Made by a program: the position numbers and the translations under genes. This document shows, piece by piece, positions 19,868 to 30,281 of a DNA stretch of 62,019 nucleotides. Location: the NCBI GenBank assembly GCA_029265075.1, contig JAJUJZ010000003.1:1-62019 (forward strand), in the 5' to 3' direction. The notes beneath the pieces were generated by a model. It was not told the origin of the DNA and did no database searches. It worked only from the letters and a program-made list of their open reading frames with translations. Position 1 is the first letter of the stretch; every line of letters starts with the position of its first letter. The DNA comes from Gammaproteobacteria bacterium. GTDB lineage: Bacteria; Pseudomonadota; Gammaproteobacteria; Pseudomonadales; CAMLJR01.

Positions 19868-22683
19868 GCGCCAGCCTCCGGTCGCGCTGCCGGCAAACGG
19901 AACCAGAAGCAGGCGCCTTCACCCGGGGGCGAATCGAAGCCGATCGTGCCACCCATGCGTTCGACCAGCTCCTTCGCAATCGCCAGGCCGAGACCGGTGC
20001 CCACCAGCGCCCGGTCATCAGCGGAGTCGGCCTGCGCAAACTTGTCGAAAACCCGCGCATGAAACGCTTCAGGCACGCCGCTGCCTTCATCCTTAACCGC
20101 AATTACCACCTCGTCGCCCTCCTGTCGGTAAAACACCCGGACGGTACTGCCGGGCGGCGAATGCTTGCAGGCGTTTGATAACAGATTGTTCATCACCTGC
20201 ATGACGCGCATCGGATCCCCCAGCACGGCAGCCGGCCCGGAATCGACGCACTCCAGTGTCACCTGATAGGGCTCAGCGTAGCTCGTCATTGCCGCCAGCG
20301 CCTCGTCAATGGCGGGCCGCACCGCAATGGTCTCCACGGCAAAACGCATTTTGCCGGCGACCAACTTGTCGATATCCAGCAGGTCGTTAACCAGACGCAT
20401 CAGGCGCTGACTGTTCTGCTCGGCGATGTCGAGCATCTCCCTGAGTTCGTCCGGCACGGCCCCGACGGCTCCGCTGTTGACCAGACTGAGCGCCCCGCTA
20501 ACCGCTGTGAGCGGTGTGCGCAGCTCGTGGCTGACAGTCGAGACAAACTCCTGCTTGAGCCGCTCGACGGCCCTCTGCTCGGTCAGGTCGTGAATGATGG
20601 CGAGCCAGTGTGGAATTCCTGCCTGCGGCACCAGTGAGAGGCTGATCTCGGCCGGCACCGGGTCGCGATTGCGCACCGTGACGTCCGCCTGCAGCCGGAT
20701 GGCGGGTTCCAGTCCCGGCGTTGCGCGACAACGGGCCAGCAGCTCCGGCAGCGCCGGCACGCCTTCGCCTTTCAGCTGCAGGGTATCGCCCAGCACCATC
20801 CCCATCAGCGAGCGCCCTGCCCGGTTGGCCTGGGTGATGCGACCGTTGGCGTCCAGCACCACCAGCGCATCGGGCGCATGCTCGAACAGCGCCTGCAGGA
20901 ACTGACGACTCTCTACCAGCGCGTCGTTGGCGTGTTTCTGCTGCGTGACGTCCAGCAGCAGCACCACCAGATGCAGCGGTTCGCCATTGCTGTCACGCAC
21001 CACCGACATGGAGTGAATGGTCCAGATGATCTGCCCGTCCTTGCGCACACAGCGGCGGCTGAGGCGGGTGCTGCTAATGCGGCCGCTGACGAGCTGGTCA
21101 ATACGTTCCCAGTCGCCGGGCACATCCTCAGGCAGCACCAGCTGCTCGAAATGGATATTCACCATCTCGTCAGGCGGATAGCCGAGCATGTCGCAGAGTG
21201 ACTGATTCACCTCGAACAGACGCCCGTCAAGCGAGACCAGCGCGATGCCCTGGGCGCTGGCGGTAAAGGCACTGCGGAAGCGGTCATTGCTCAGCCGCGC
21301 CGCCTCCCTGGCCTCGACCAGCGGCGTGATATCGGTGGCCATGCCGACATAGCCCCGCGTTTCGCCCCGGGCGTCGAGCAGCGCACTGACCGATAGTCGC
21401 ACCTGGCGGGTGGTACCGTCCTTGCGGACGTAGGTCCACTGGCGGGTATCGACGCCGCGTTCGCTGATACCGCCTGCCGCAATGGCCGCCACAGCGCGCA
21501 GATCCGAGGGCTCCAGCCCCACCTCGTGCGCCCGCTCCGCCAGTTCGTCCTGATCGTGGAACGTCTCGGAGGGCTTGATCCGGCCCACCACCTCCTCGGC
21601 GCTGTACCCGAGCAGCCGCTCGGCCCCCGGGTTGAACAGCGTGACCACACCTCCCTTGTCAGTCACGATGATGGCCACATCGAGCGACGCATCGATGATG
21701 CTCTGCAGGCGGGCACGCGCCTCAGCAACCGCCCGTTCGGCCGCTCTGGCGGCGGTAATATCGTGCATCACCAGGATGGCACCGGTCGGTGCGCCACTAT
21801 CGTCGAGCAGCGGGTCGCCATTGCAGCGCACATGCCGGTCCGGCTGCGATCGGGTCCGGATCAATATATCGACATCGCGGATCGACTCGCCCTGCAAGGC
21901 CCGGTGCAGCGGGTAGCGCTCGGGCGGCAGCAGCTCGCCATCGGCATAGATCGAGAAATGGTCCCGCCACTGTGAGGGCGGCAGCTGGCGGACATCGATA
22001 CCGTGCCATTGGCGCGCCGTGCGGTTGAACTGTTCCAGCCGCCCCTCCCGATCGCAGGTGATAACGGCATCGGGCATCGCTTCCAGCAACAGCTCGAGCG
22101 TGCGGCGGCCCTTCTGCGCCTGTCTGCGCGCCAGACTCGTTTGCAGATGCGTCACCGCCTGATGAGCGAGCCGCTGCAGTAAATCACGCTGGGTATCATT
22201 AAGTTCGCGCGGCACGCGGTCGATGACGCTGACTGTGCCATAGCGTGTGCCGTCCTCGCCCACCAGCAGCGCACTCGCGTAGAAGCGGATGCGTGGCTCC
22301 CCCAGCACCAGCGGATTGCCGGCAAAACGTGGATCCGCCTGTGCATCGGGAACTTCGAGCAGCGATGCTTCACTGGTGAGAGCATGGGCACAGAAGGAGA
22401 GGTCGCGGGGAATTTCAACCAGATCGATGCCGATACTCGACTTGAACCAGAGACGATCAGCATCGATCAGCGAGATCAGTGCCATCGGGCAGTCGCAGAT
22501 ATGCGCGGCGAGCACCACCAGGTCGTCGAAGATGGGCTCGGGCTGGGTGTCGAGCATTTCGAGTCGCAGCAGCGCAGCCAGGCGATCAGGCTCATCGGCA
22601 GGGGGCGGCGCCGGCACGAAACCTCGTGTCGAAATCAAGTCCTCATCCTCTGAAGTGGTCATTACTGCGCCCTGTGGTTCCAC
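19864..22683 (-). CDS. Cytoplasmic GAF - multi-PAS - HisKA - HATPase sensor histidine kinase
   Basis: N-terminal GAF domain (FCAHAL...DPRF), at least three PAS-like repeats, H-box FVSTVSHELRTPLT, and N/G boxes (LLSNACKHS, GTGLGLAI). No obvious TM segment. Confidence 0.9.
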   Translation of the reverse strand: MEPQGAVMTTSEDEDLISTRGFVPAPPPADEPDRLAALLRLEMLDTQPEPIFDDLVVLAAHICDCPMALISLIDADRLWFKSSIGIDLVEIPRDLSFCAHALTSEASLLEVPDAQADPRFAGNPLVLGEPRIRFYASALLVGEDGTRYGTVSVIDRVPRELNDTQRDLLQRLAHQAVTHLQTSLARRQAQKGRRTLELLLEAMPDAVITCDREGRLEQFNRTARQWHGIDVRQLPPSQWRDHFSIYADGELLPPERYPLHRALQGESIRDVDILIRTRSQPDRHVRCNGDPLLDDSGAPTGAILVMHDITAARAAERAVAEARARLQSIIDASLDVAIIVTDKGGVVTLFNPGAERLLGYSAEEVVGRIKPSETFHDQDELAERAHEVGLEPSDLRAVAAIAAGGISERGVDTRQWTYVRKDGTTRQVRLSVSALLDARGETRGYVGMATDITPLVEAREAARLSNDRFRSAFTASAQGIALVSLDGRLFEVNQSLCDMLGYPPDEMVNIHFEQLVLPEDVPGDWERIDQLVSGRISSTRLSRRCVRKDGQIIWTIHSMSVVRDSNGEPLHLVVLLLDVTQQKHANDALVESRQFLQALFEHAPDALVVLDANGRITQANRAGRSLMGMVLGDTLQLKGEGVPALPELLARCRATPGLEPAIRLQADVTVRNRDPVPAEISLSLVPQAGIPHWLAIIHDLTEQRAVERLKQEFVSTVSHELRTPLTAVSGALSLVNSGAVGAVPDELREMLDIAEQNSQRLMRLVNDLLDIDKLVAGKMRFAVETIAVRPAIDEALAAMTSYAEPYQVTLECVDSGPAAVLGDPMRVMQVMNNLLSNACKHSPPGSTVRVFYRQEGDEVVIAVKDEGSGVPEAFHARVFDKFAQADSADDRALVGTGLGLAIAKELVERMGGTIGFDSPPGEGACFWFRLPAARPEAGA

Positions 22684-22929
22684 GCGGGGGCCTCGATATG
22701 ACCCCTGCCGCCAAGCATACGCTCCGCCGGGATCGCCGGGTGCAGGTTCCCGCCGTCGTCCAGCCAGCTCAGCAGTGAGAGTACGTTATTTCACGCAGGT
22801 CAGCGATGCAGCCGCTCTCATTTTTACGTGGCTGGCAGGGCCAGTTCCTGCCCGGATCACCGGCCGGACCCCCGGCAAATGGTAGTATGGCTGGCCTTAT
22901 CCGGTTGAACCCACTGTTCGAGGTAATGC

Positions 22930-23787
22930 ATGAAGTTTATCGGGGCTCACGTCTCCGCTCAGGGCGGCGTGCAGAATGCACCACTCAACGCTGCCGCGAT
23001 CGGCGCCAATGCTTTTGCCCTGTTCACCAAAAATCAGCGCCAGTGGCGAGCTAAACCGCTGGATGAAGAAACCATTGCCGCCTTCCGGCGCAACTGCGAA
23101 GAACACGGTTTCACCGCCAGTCAGATCCTTCCGCATGACAGCTATCTGATCAATCTGGGACATCCGGACGCAGAAGGACTGCAGAAGTCGCGCGACGCGT
23201 TTCTGGATGAAATGCAGCGCTGCGAGCAGCTGGGACTGGTCTATCTCAACTTTCACCCCGGCAGTCATCTCAATCAGATCGACGAGGAGCGCTGTCTGGC
23301 CCGTATCGCGGAGTCGATAAATCTCACGCTCGACCAGACCCGCGGTGTCACCGCGGTGATCGAAAGCACTGCCGGGCAGGGCACCAACCTCGGCTGGCGG
23401 TTCGAACATCTGGCGGCGATTATCGACGGCGTCGAAGACAAGAGTCGCGTTGGCGTGTGCCTCGACACCTGCCATATGTTCGCGGCCGGTTACGAGCTGC
23501 GCACGCATGAAGCCTGCGAAGCGACGTTCCGGGAATTCGATGAGATTGTTGGCTTTCGCTATCTGCGCGGCATGCATCTCAACGGCAGCAAGTCGGCCTT
23601 TGGGTCGCGCGTTGACCGCCACCACAGTCTGGACGAAGGCGAACTGGGGATGGCAGTGTTCGAATACATCATGCCCGATCCCCGCTTCGACGGTATTCCG
23701 CTGGTGCTGGAAACCATCGATCCATCGATCTGGAAAGACGAAATTGCGCTGCTGCGTTCACTGACAACGGTTGCCGAGCCTGCATGA
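22930..23787 (+). CDS. nfo: Endonuclease IV (AP endonuclease)
   Basis: MKFIGAHVS...[22 protein letters not shown] and CLDTCH motifs. Confidence 0.93.
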   Translation: MKFIGAHVSAQGGVQNAPLNAAAIGANAFALFTKNQRQWRAKPLDEETIAAFRRNCEEHGFTASQILPHDSYLINLGHPDAEGLQKSRDAFLDEMQRCEQLGLVYLNFHPGSHLNQIDEERCLARIAESINLTLDQTRGVTAVIESTAGQGTNLGWRFEHLAAIIDGVEDKSRVGVCLDTCHMFAAGYELRTHEACEATFREFDEIVGFRYLRGMHLNGSKSAFGSRVDRHHSLDEGELGMAVFEYIMPDPRFDGIPLVLETIDPSIWKDEIALLRSLTTVAEPA

Positions 23788-23875
23788 GTCCCCGGGTGGA
23801 ACCGGGCCGCTGCCCCATCCTCCAACCCTGATACGGCTTTCCGCAGGGCCCTGCGGCACGCTCTGGAGGAGTTCC

Positions 23876-24088
23876 ATGGACAAGCAAGATCGATTGACCG
23901 ACGCACAGCGCGATTACGTCGACCTCATTCGCGGCGGCGTTGCCGGCTCACTGTCCAGCAAGGAGTTTGCCTATGCGCTGGACAGTTATCTCAACAACAC
24001 ACCGGCTGACACCGTAATCGACCGCATTCTGGCTGACCGGCGCGCCAGCGAGCCCGACCGTCGCCGCGGCCCGGACACCTTGCACTGA
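23876..24088 (+). CDS. Small hypothetical protein, 70 aa
   Basis: ATG preceded by GGAGGA at optimal spacing. No recognisable family. The ORF-track start at 23771 overlaps nfo. Confidence 0.4.
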   Translation: MDKQDRLTDAQRDYVDLIRGGVAGSLSSKEFAYALDSYLNNTPADTVIDRILADRRASEPDRRRGPDTLH

Positions 24089-24094
24089 ACCGGA

Positions 24095-24877
24095 TTATTC
24101 GGCTGGCGTGGGCGCCGGCGCTTTGCCACCGGGTCCCCTGCCGGCCAGACTCGACAGCAACTCCACCGGCAACGGAATGACAATGGTGGAAGTACGGTCA
24201 TTGGCAATCTGCGTCAGCGTCTGGAAATAACGCAGCTGCATGGCATTCGGCTCCGCCGCCAGCACGCGGGCCGCCTCCTGCAGCGCCTGCGATGCCTGCA
24301 GCTCACCCTCGGCATGGATCACCTTGGCGCGCCGCTCGCGTTCTGCTTCTGCCTGCCGTGCGATGGCGCGTACCATCGATTCGTTGAGGTCGACCTGCTT
24401 GATCTCCACGTTGGACACTTTCACGCCCCAGGTCGCGGTCTGCTCATCCAGCGTATGCTGAATATCGTTGTTGAGTTTGTCGCGCTCGGCCAGCATCTCA
24501 TCGAGCCCGTGCTTGCCCAGCACTGACCGCAGCGTGGTCTGCGCCAGCTGGCTGGTCGCTTCGAAGAAATTTTCGACCTGAATGACCGCCCTTTCCGCAT
24601 CCACCACCCGGAAATAGACCACGGCATTGACGCGCACCGAGACGTTATCGCGCGATATCAGGTCCTGACTTGGCACGTCGTGGACCAGCGTACGGAGGTC
24701 CACGCGTACCATCTGCTGCAACACCGGGATTACGATGATCAGCCCCGGCCCTTTCACTTTCTGAAAGCGGCCGAGCATGAAAATGACGCCCCGCTCATAT
24801 TCACGCAACACTTTCAGCGCACTGCTGAGCAGACCGAATATCAGTACCGCGACGATAAAAAAGAAATAACTCGTCAT
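24095..24877 (-). CDS. SPFH/band-7 (stomatin-like, slipin) membrane protein
   Basis: N-terminal TM segment, [14 protein letters not shown], and a coiled A/E-rich region ([14 protein letters not shown]). ATG overlaps the nfeD stop (ATGA). Confidence 0.9.
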   Translation of the reverse strand: MTSYFFFIVAVLIFGLLSSALKVLREYERGVIFMLGRFQKVKGPGLIIVIPVLQQMVRVDLRTLVHDVPSQDLISRDNVSVRVNAVVYFRVVDAERAVIQVENFFEATSQLAQTTLRSVLGKHGLDEMLAERDKLNNDIQHTLDEQTATWGVKVSNVEIKQVDLNESMVRAIARQAEAERERRAKVIHAEGELQASQALQEAARVLAAEPNAMQLRYFQTLTQIANDRTSTIVIPLPVELLSSLAGRGPGGKAPAPTPAE

Positions 24878-26262
24878 CTTGCCTCTCCCTGAACAGTGGA
24901 TGGATCCTCAACCGGCTCGACCGTGAGCACAAAATCGTCGACAGCCGTGACGCGCACGCGCTGGCCGCGCTGCACCAGCGCACTGCTGCGTGCTCGCCAC
25001 AACTCGCCCCGAATCTGCACCAGTCCTTCGCGCACGAAGGTTTCAGCGGCTCTCGCCTCCGTACCGACCCAGTCATCGAGCGAATTGACCGGCGCTTGTC
25101 GTCGCCCCCGGACCGCAGCACCGATCAGCACCAGCACGGCACCCAGCGACACCACTGCGAACGCGGCCACCACCGGCAGGGCAAGCCGCAGGCCAGGCAC
25201 GCTCGCGTCGAACAGCAGTACCGAGCCGGCGACGAAGGCAGCGACACCACCCAGCCCCAGCACGCCGAAACTGGGCGACACGGCTTCGGCGATCATCAGC
25301 GCGATGCCCAGCAACAGCAATCCGAGCCCGCTGTAGCTGATGGGCAATACCTGAAACGCGTAAAGTGCCAGCAGCAGACAGATAGCGCCGGCAACGCCGG
25401 GCACCAGCACGCCGGGACTGTAGAACTCGAGCAGTAATCCATAGATACCGATCATCATCAGGATATAGGCGACGTTGGGATCGGTGATGACCGTCAGAAA
25501 ACGTTGCCGCCAGTCCGGCTCGACAGCCTCGACCAGTGCGCCCGCTGTCGCCAGCCGCATCTCAGCCTCATCGGTCACCTGCACGCTCCGTCCATCAGAC
25601 TGTTCCAGCAGCGCCGCCACATCCGGCACAACCAGATCGATCACGCCCTGCTGTAATGCCTCAGCGGCGGTCAGCGTAGCGGCCTCGCGCACGGCCTGTT
25701 CCGCCCAGTCGGCATTGCGCCCGCGCAATGTGGCGAGGCTGCGGATATAGGCGACAGCATCGTTGAGCGCCTTGCGCTCCATGGTAGTGGTGCCGCGCTC
25801 TCCGCCTTCATCGGCCTGGCCATCTTCACCACTACCGCGGCCACCAATAGCCACCGGCGATGCAGCACCGAGGTGGGTAGCGGGTGCCATTGCGGCGATG
25901 TGACAGGCGTAGAGGATATAGGTCCCGGCACTGGCGGCACGGGCGCCGGCTGGTGCGACCAGACAGAGCACGGGTTTTTCGCTATGGAGGATCGCACTGA
26001 CGATATCGCGCATGGCGGCGTCCAGCCCGCCCGGCGTATCGATCTGGAGCACCACAGCGGCAACGTCACTGGCGGCGGCCTGCGCCAGCCCGCGCACGAC
26101 GTAATCGGCGTTGCCGGGGCCGATCGCCGTATCGATTGTCAGCAGCTGTACCCGCGAAGGGGCAGCGGGAGCAGCCAGCGTCAGCAGCGCGGCGTACAAC
26201 AGCAGCAGCGCTGTCCATAAACGCGCAGCGGACAAGGCTGGCAAACGACGCTGCTTCGGCAT
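24874..26262 (-). CDS. NfeD-family membrane-bound ClpP-class serine protease
   Basis: Signal sequence, ClpP-like domain ([14 protein letters not shown]), multi-TM block and C-terminal OB-fold NfeD domain. Classic pairing with an SPFH gene. Confidence 0.88.
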   Translation of the reverse strand: MPKQRRLPALSAARLWTALLLLYAALLTLAAPAAPSRVQLLTIDTAIGPGNADYVVRGLAQAAASDVAAVVLQIDTPGGLDAAMRDIVSAILHSEKPVLCLVAPAGARAASAGTYILYACHIAAMAPATHLGAASPVAIGGRGSGEDGQADEGGERGTTTMERKALNDAVAYIRSLATLRGRNADWAEQAVREAATLTAAEALQQGVIDLVVPDVAALLEQSDGRSVQVTDEAEMRLATAGALVEAVEPDWRQRFLTVITDPNVAYILMMIGIYGLLLEFYSPGVLVPGVAGAICLLLALYAFQVLPISYSGLGLLLLGIALMIAEAVSPSFGVLGLGGVAAFVAGSVLLFDASVPGLRLALPVVAAFAVVSLGAVLVLIGAAVRGRRQAPVNSLDDWVGTEARAAETFVREGLVQIRGELWRARSSALVQRGQRVRVTAVDDFVLTVEPVEDPSTVQGEAR

Positions 26263-26332
26263 TCCCTACCTCCCGGCATTCGCTGCGGACAAACAGGAGT
26301 CTAGTCGAGATGTCGGCGCGAGGCGTGACGCT

Positions 26333-27280
26333 TCAGGTGCCGCTCTTGCGGGAGCGTGCTGTACGACTGGTTTTCGCTTTGGATTTGGCAGCACTTTTGG
26401 TAGGGGATTTCCGCGCCTTGCTGCTGCTTGGAGATTTTTTCTTCTTGCTGGCCGGCTCTTCCGCCGCGTCGCTGGCAGCTGCTCCTTTCTTGCGCAGACT
26501 CTCCTGCAGGATCTTGCGAAAGTCGACTACGTTGGTCGCCGCATTCTGAGGCACTTCGTCCGGCTCTTCGACAATCTCGGCACCACCCTTCTGGGCCAGC
26601 CGGCGATCGACGATGGCCTGCAACCGTTGCCGGTGCTGATCCTCATAATGCTCAGGTTCCCAGGGGACGGTCATCGACTCGAGCAGCGCCTCTGCCATCT
26701 CCAGCTCCTTGTCGCTGATGCGATAGTCAGCGATAGGTTTGTCCGGCAGCCTGAACTCATCAGCAGCCACGACCTCCTGCGGATAGCGCAACAGATTGAG
26801 CACCAGCGCGTCGTCGATGACCATCACGATAGAAAGATATTCACGCGTACGAATCACCACCCGCCCAAGCCCGACCTTATCGGTGCGGCGCAGAATTTCG
26901 CGCAGCAGCACGTAACCTTTTTCAGCCTTTTTACCCGGGACCAGATAGTAGGGTTTCTCGAAATAGATGGGCGAAATATCGGTGCGTTTGACGAAGCCTT
27001 CAATCTCGACGGCTTCACCTCCTTTCGGTGCCGCCTGTTTCAGCTCCTCCTCATCGATAACGACGTAACTGTTTTTGGCGTACTCAAAACCCTTTACGAT
27101 CTCTTTCCACGGCACCTCTTCACCGGTTTCCGCATTGACGCGTTCGTAACGAATGGGAGCGTTATCGCGACTGTCGAGCATCCGAAAGTGGAGATCGACC
27201 CGCCGCTCGCCGGAATAGAGAGAGACCGGGATGTTGAGCAACCCAAAGGAGACAACACCATTCCAGACAGGCCTTGCCAC
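26333..27280 (-). CDS. ku: Ku protein (bacterial NHEJ DNA-end binding), Lys-rich C-terminal tail
   Basis: VARPVWNGVVSFGLLNIPVSLY and YFEKPYYLVP motifs. Start set to GTG 27280 with a GGAGGTG SD; the ORF-track start at 27436 adds 52 non-homologous residues. C-terminal tail is KKKKSPSSSKARKSPTKSAAKSKAK. Confidence 0.9.
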   Translation of the reverse strand: MARPVWNGVVSFGLLNIPVSLYSGERRVDLHFRMLDSRDNAPIRYERVNAETGEEVPWKEIVKGFEYAKNSYVVIDEEELKQAAPKGGEAVEIEGFVKRTDISPIYFEKPYYLVPGKKAEKGYVLLREILRRTDKVGLGRVVIRTREYLSIVMVIDDALVLNLLRYPQEVVAADEFRLPDKPIADYRISDKELEMAEALLESMTVPWEPEHYEDQHRQRLQAIVDRRLAQKGGAEIVEEPDEVPQNAATNVVDFRKILQESLRKKGAAASDAAEEPASKKKKSPSSSKARKSPTKSAAKSKAKTSRTARSRKSGT

Positions 27281-27447
27281 GATCCCACCTCCGCCACTGC
27301 GGCTCAACGCCGGAGAGTTTGGAGGCTGCAGCAATAGCGGAAGTTCCGGACCCGGCGCCCGCCGCAGCACAGCAGCTACGCTGGCGGGACGGCGGTACTC
27401 CGACCACCGCGAGACACGGCAATCGAAGGCGAACACCGAAGCGGAGC

Positions 27448-27479
27448 AGAAAAGAAAACGGGCGCCCGAGGGCGCCCGT
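27448..27479 (-). terminator. Rho-independent terminator of fpr
   Basis: Minus RNA ACGGGCGCCC-UC-GGGCGCCCGU followed by UUUCUUUUC. Confidence 0.85.
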
Positions 27480-27500
27480 CAGCTCAGCAGAACCCGTCGG

Positions 27501-28271
27501 TTACTTCTCGACGAAGGCACGTTCGATCACATAGTGCCCCGCGTCGCCGTGACGCGATTCCTGCATGCCCCAGTCGTCCAGAATGCCGGTGAGATCCTTC
27601 AGCATCTGCGGGCTGCCGCAGAGCATGAAGCGGTCATCTTCCAGACTGGCGTGAGGCAGGTCCAGATCGGCGAACAGCTTGCCGCTGGTGAGCAGCTCAG
27701 TAATCCGGCCCTGATTCTGGAACGGCTCGCGCGTTACCGTTGGGTAGTAGAGCAGCTTGCCCTGTACCATTTCCCCGAAGTACTCGTTGTTGGGCAGTTC
27801 GGTAATCATGTCGCGGTACGCTAGCTCATCCACATAGCGGACGCCGTGCACCAGAATCACTTTCTCGTACTGCTCATAGATTTCCGGATCCTTGATGATG
27901 CTCAGAAAGGGTGCGAGCCCGGTACCGGTGCCCAGCAGCCAGAGGTTCTTGCCCGGCAGCAGATGATCGAGGATCAGCGTGCCCGTGGGCTTGCGGCTGA
28001 CGAAAATGGTATCCCCTTCCTGAATCCGCTGCAGGTGCGACGTCAGTGGGCCATCCGGCACCTTGATGCTGAAGAACTCCAGCTCTTCTTCGTAGTTGGC
28101 GCTGGCAATACTGTACGCGCGCATCAGGGGCTTGCCGTCGATTTCCAGGCCAATCATCACGAAATGGCCGTTCTTGAAGCGAAAACCAGGGTCGCGCGTC
28201 GTGGTAAAGCTGAACAGCGTATCGGTCCAGTGGCGGACGCTGGTGACTGTTTCCGTAGCAAGAGTGCTCAT
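27501..28271 (-). CDS. fpr: Ferredoxin-NADP+ reductase
   Basis: RAYSIAS FAD motif, GTGLAPF NADP motif and C-terminal YVIERAFVEK, as in Azotobacter/Pseudomonas Fpr. Start trimmed to ATG 28271. Confidence 0.93.
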   Translation of the reverse strand: MSTLATETVTSVRHWTDTLFSFTTTRDPGFRFKNGHFVMIGLEIDGKPLMRAYSIASANYEEELEFFSIKVPDGPLTSHLQRIQEGDTIFVSRKPTGTLILDHLLPGKNLWLLGTGTGLAPFLSIIKDPEIYEQYEKVILVHGVRYVDELAYRDMITELPNNEYFGEMVQGKLLYYPTVTREPFQNQGRITELLTSGKLFADLDLPHASLEDDRFMLCGSPQMLKDLTGILDDWGMQESRHGDAGHYVIERAFVEK

Positions 28272-28344
28272 GCGACACCTCAACGCAATCGTAAAAGTTG
28301 GGAATAGTCTACTCCCAGCCCAGTTATCGGCTAAGCAATTAATA

Positions 28345-28359
28345 GCTATAAGTTATAGC
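28345..28359. promoter_or_regulatory. AT-rich perfect palindrome GCTATAA-G-TTATAGC upstream of fpr
   Basis: Read directly. Lies 74-88 nt upstream of the fpr ATG in an unusually AT-rich stretch. Confidence 0.3.
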
Positions 28360-28385
28360 GAAGAATTGAATAAGAACAGCCAATA

Positions 28386-28411
28386 AAAAGGGTTCCCTGA
28401 GGAACCCTTTT
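28386..28411. terminator. Bidirectional rho-independent terminator (efp side)
   Basis: AAAAGGGTTCC-CTGA-GGAACCCTTTT, 18 nt after the efp stop. Confidence 0.85.
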
Positions 28412-28428
28412 CGCGGGCTGCCTGCAGA

Positions 28429-28995
28429 TCAGCTTTTGGCGCGACCTTTGAACTCGCCCGTACGGGTGTCGATTTCAATTTTTTCGCCAATCTCACAGAA
28501 AGCGGCAACCTGCAGCTCATAACCATTGGCCAGACGGGCAATCTTGGTGACCTTGCCCGAGGTATCGCCACGCGCGGCCGGCTCGGTGTATGCGATTTCG
28601 CGCACAATGGTGGTCGGCAGTTCGACCGAGATCGCCTTGCCTTCGTAGAACACCGCTTCGCAGACGTCGGTCATGCCGTCTTCAATGAAGTTGACCACGT
28701 CGCCGAGGTTTTCTTTTTCAACCTCGTACTGGTTGTACTCCTCGTCCATGAACACATAAAGCGGATCCGCGAAGTAGGAGTAAGTAACCTCTTTGCGCTC
28801 GAGAATGATCTGATCGAACTTGTCGTCAGCTTTGTAGACGTTCTCGCTGGCAGTGCCGGTCAGGAGGTTCTTCAGTTTCATCTTGACCACAGCGGAGTTG
28901 CGGCCCGATTTGTTGTACTCGGCCTTCTGTACCACCCACGGCGAGCCGTTGATATCAATCACGTTGCCGGCACGAAGTTCCTGAGCTGTTTTCAT
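28429..28995 (-). CDS. efp: Elongation factor P, Arg32 type
   Basis: [13 protein letters not shown]..., loop KSGRNSAVV with Arg at the modified position. 188 aa. Start trimmed to ATG 28995. Confidence 0.95.
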   Translation of the reverse strand: MKTAQELRAGNVIDINGSPWVVQKAEYNKSGRNSAVVKMKLKNLLTGTASENVYKADDKFDQIILERKEVTYSYFADPLYVFMDEEYNQYEVEKENLGDVVNFIEDGMTDVCEAVFYEGKAISVELPTTIVREIAYTEPAARGDTSGKVTKIARLANGYELQVAAFCEIGEKIEIDTRTGEFKGRAKS

Positions 28996-29060
28996 ACAGA
29001 TACCGTTCGATTCTTGTTGAGGAGATGCGGCCGCGCGCGACCACGGAAAAAGGCCCGGCA

Positions 29061-30218
29061 CTATACCCGATTTGCGCAAAATTGCACCAGCCCGGATGCA
29101 AGATCCTGCTGTTGGGCGAGCGCTCCGGCCCAGCTGTCAGCAGTGTGGCGCCAGATGTCGAACAGCGGGCCAGTTAGCAGTTCCTCACCTGAAGAATCAG
29201 CATCTGCCCCATTCCACTTATGCCAGAGGGCACGTAGTGGGACGTGCAAGGCAGTGGGAGCTGTGCGCAGGTAGCGGTCGAGCAAGGCGTCCAGCTTGGG
29301 CCAGTGAGCGCCGTCCTGCTGACGGTAGATATGCCAGATAAAGGGTTTACCGGCCCAGATTGCACGCACCAGCGAATCTTCCCCCCGTACCAGGTTGAGA
29401 TCACAGCTCCAGAGCAGCTGGTCATAACGATCCTGACGCAGAAACGGGATCGGCTGCAGTGTCAGCGGGCCGCACCGTGCGGGGCGACCCCCGGCCAGCT
29501 CCGGGTATCCCAGCAGCTCTGCCAGTGGCTTCAGCAACGGCCCCTCAGGTACCAGGCAATGCCACGGGGCGCCAGTGGCAGTCAGCTTGTCCAGCAGCGC
29601 TGCCAGTGGCGCGTCGGGGTAACAAAAAAGCGACAGCAGTCTGGCCGCCGGAGAGTCAACGCCCAGTTCGGCGAGCAAGCGCGCGCTCCCCTCCTTCAGG
29701 AAATGGTCGCGCGCCCCGATGAGGCACCGCTCGCGCAGCAGGCCGCCGGAACGGCTGGAGAAGCCGGGGAAATAGAAATATTTGTTGAGGCCATCCGGCT
29801 GCGGCGATGCCAGACCATGGCATTCCTCAATCCACGCCTCGGCAGAAAGATATTCAAGGTTGATCCAGAGCGGCGGAGCACCGGCTGCCTGACGACGCAG
29901 CATATCAGCCCGGTACTCCGGCGGCAGCTCGCAGGCGAAGGCCTCAATCACCACGTCAGCGACGCTCACACCTGCCGCAAAGGGGGTACGCCAGTGACGC
30001 ACCTCGACGCCGGCCAGCCGCTGACAGTCAGCATCAGCGGCTTCGGGCCAGAGACGCTGAAGCGCCGCCAGATCATCGACCCAGAGGCGCACCTCCAGCC
30101 CGAACTCGGCGGCCAGCTGACGGGCCAGCCGCCAGGTCACCCCGATATCGCCCAGGTTGTCGATTACCGTGCAGAAAATGTCCCAACGCTGTAGTCGTCC
30201 AGTCGCCGCTGTGTGCAC
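29061..30218 (-). CDS. earP: EF-P arginine-32 rhamnosyltransferase
   Basis: [31 protein letters not shown]-terminus typical of EarP (DUF2331). Immediately upstream of an Arg32 efp. Confidence 0.85.
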   Translation of the reverse strand: MHTAATGRLQRWDIFCTVIDNLGDIGVTWRLARQLAAEFGLEVRLWVDDLAALQRLWPEAADADCQRLAGVEVRHWRTPFAAGVSVADVVIEAFACELPPEYRADMLRRQAAGAPPLWINLEYLSAEAWIEECHGLASPQPDGLNKYFYFPGFSSRSGGLLRERCLIGARDHFLKEGSARLLAELGVDSPAARLLSLFCYPDAPLAALLDKLTATGAPWHCLVPEGPLLKPLAELLGYPELAGGRPARCGPLTLQPIPFLRQDRYDQLLWSCDLNLVRGEDSLVRAIWAGKPFIWHIYRQQDGAHWPKLDALLDRYLRTAPTALHVPLRALWHKWNGADADSSGEELLTGPLFDIWRHTADSWAGALAQQQDLASGLVQFCANRV

Positions 30219-30281
30219 GTCCAGTCCTTCCCGCTACGCCGTGCAAGAATTCTATGTGCACAGCGGCGACACTGCTGATCG

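Noticed and set aside
26333-26480. Repetitive Lys/Ser/Ala-coding DNA at the 3' end of ku, considered as a possible tandem repeat or hypervariable element.
   Set aside because: It encodes the low-complexity basic C-terminal tail common to many bacterial Ku proteins. No exact DNA-level tandem unit was seen.
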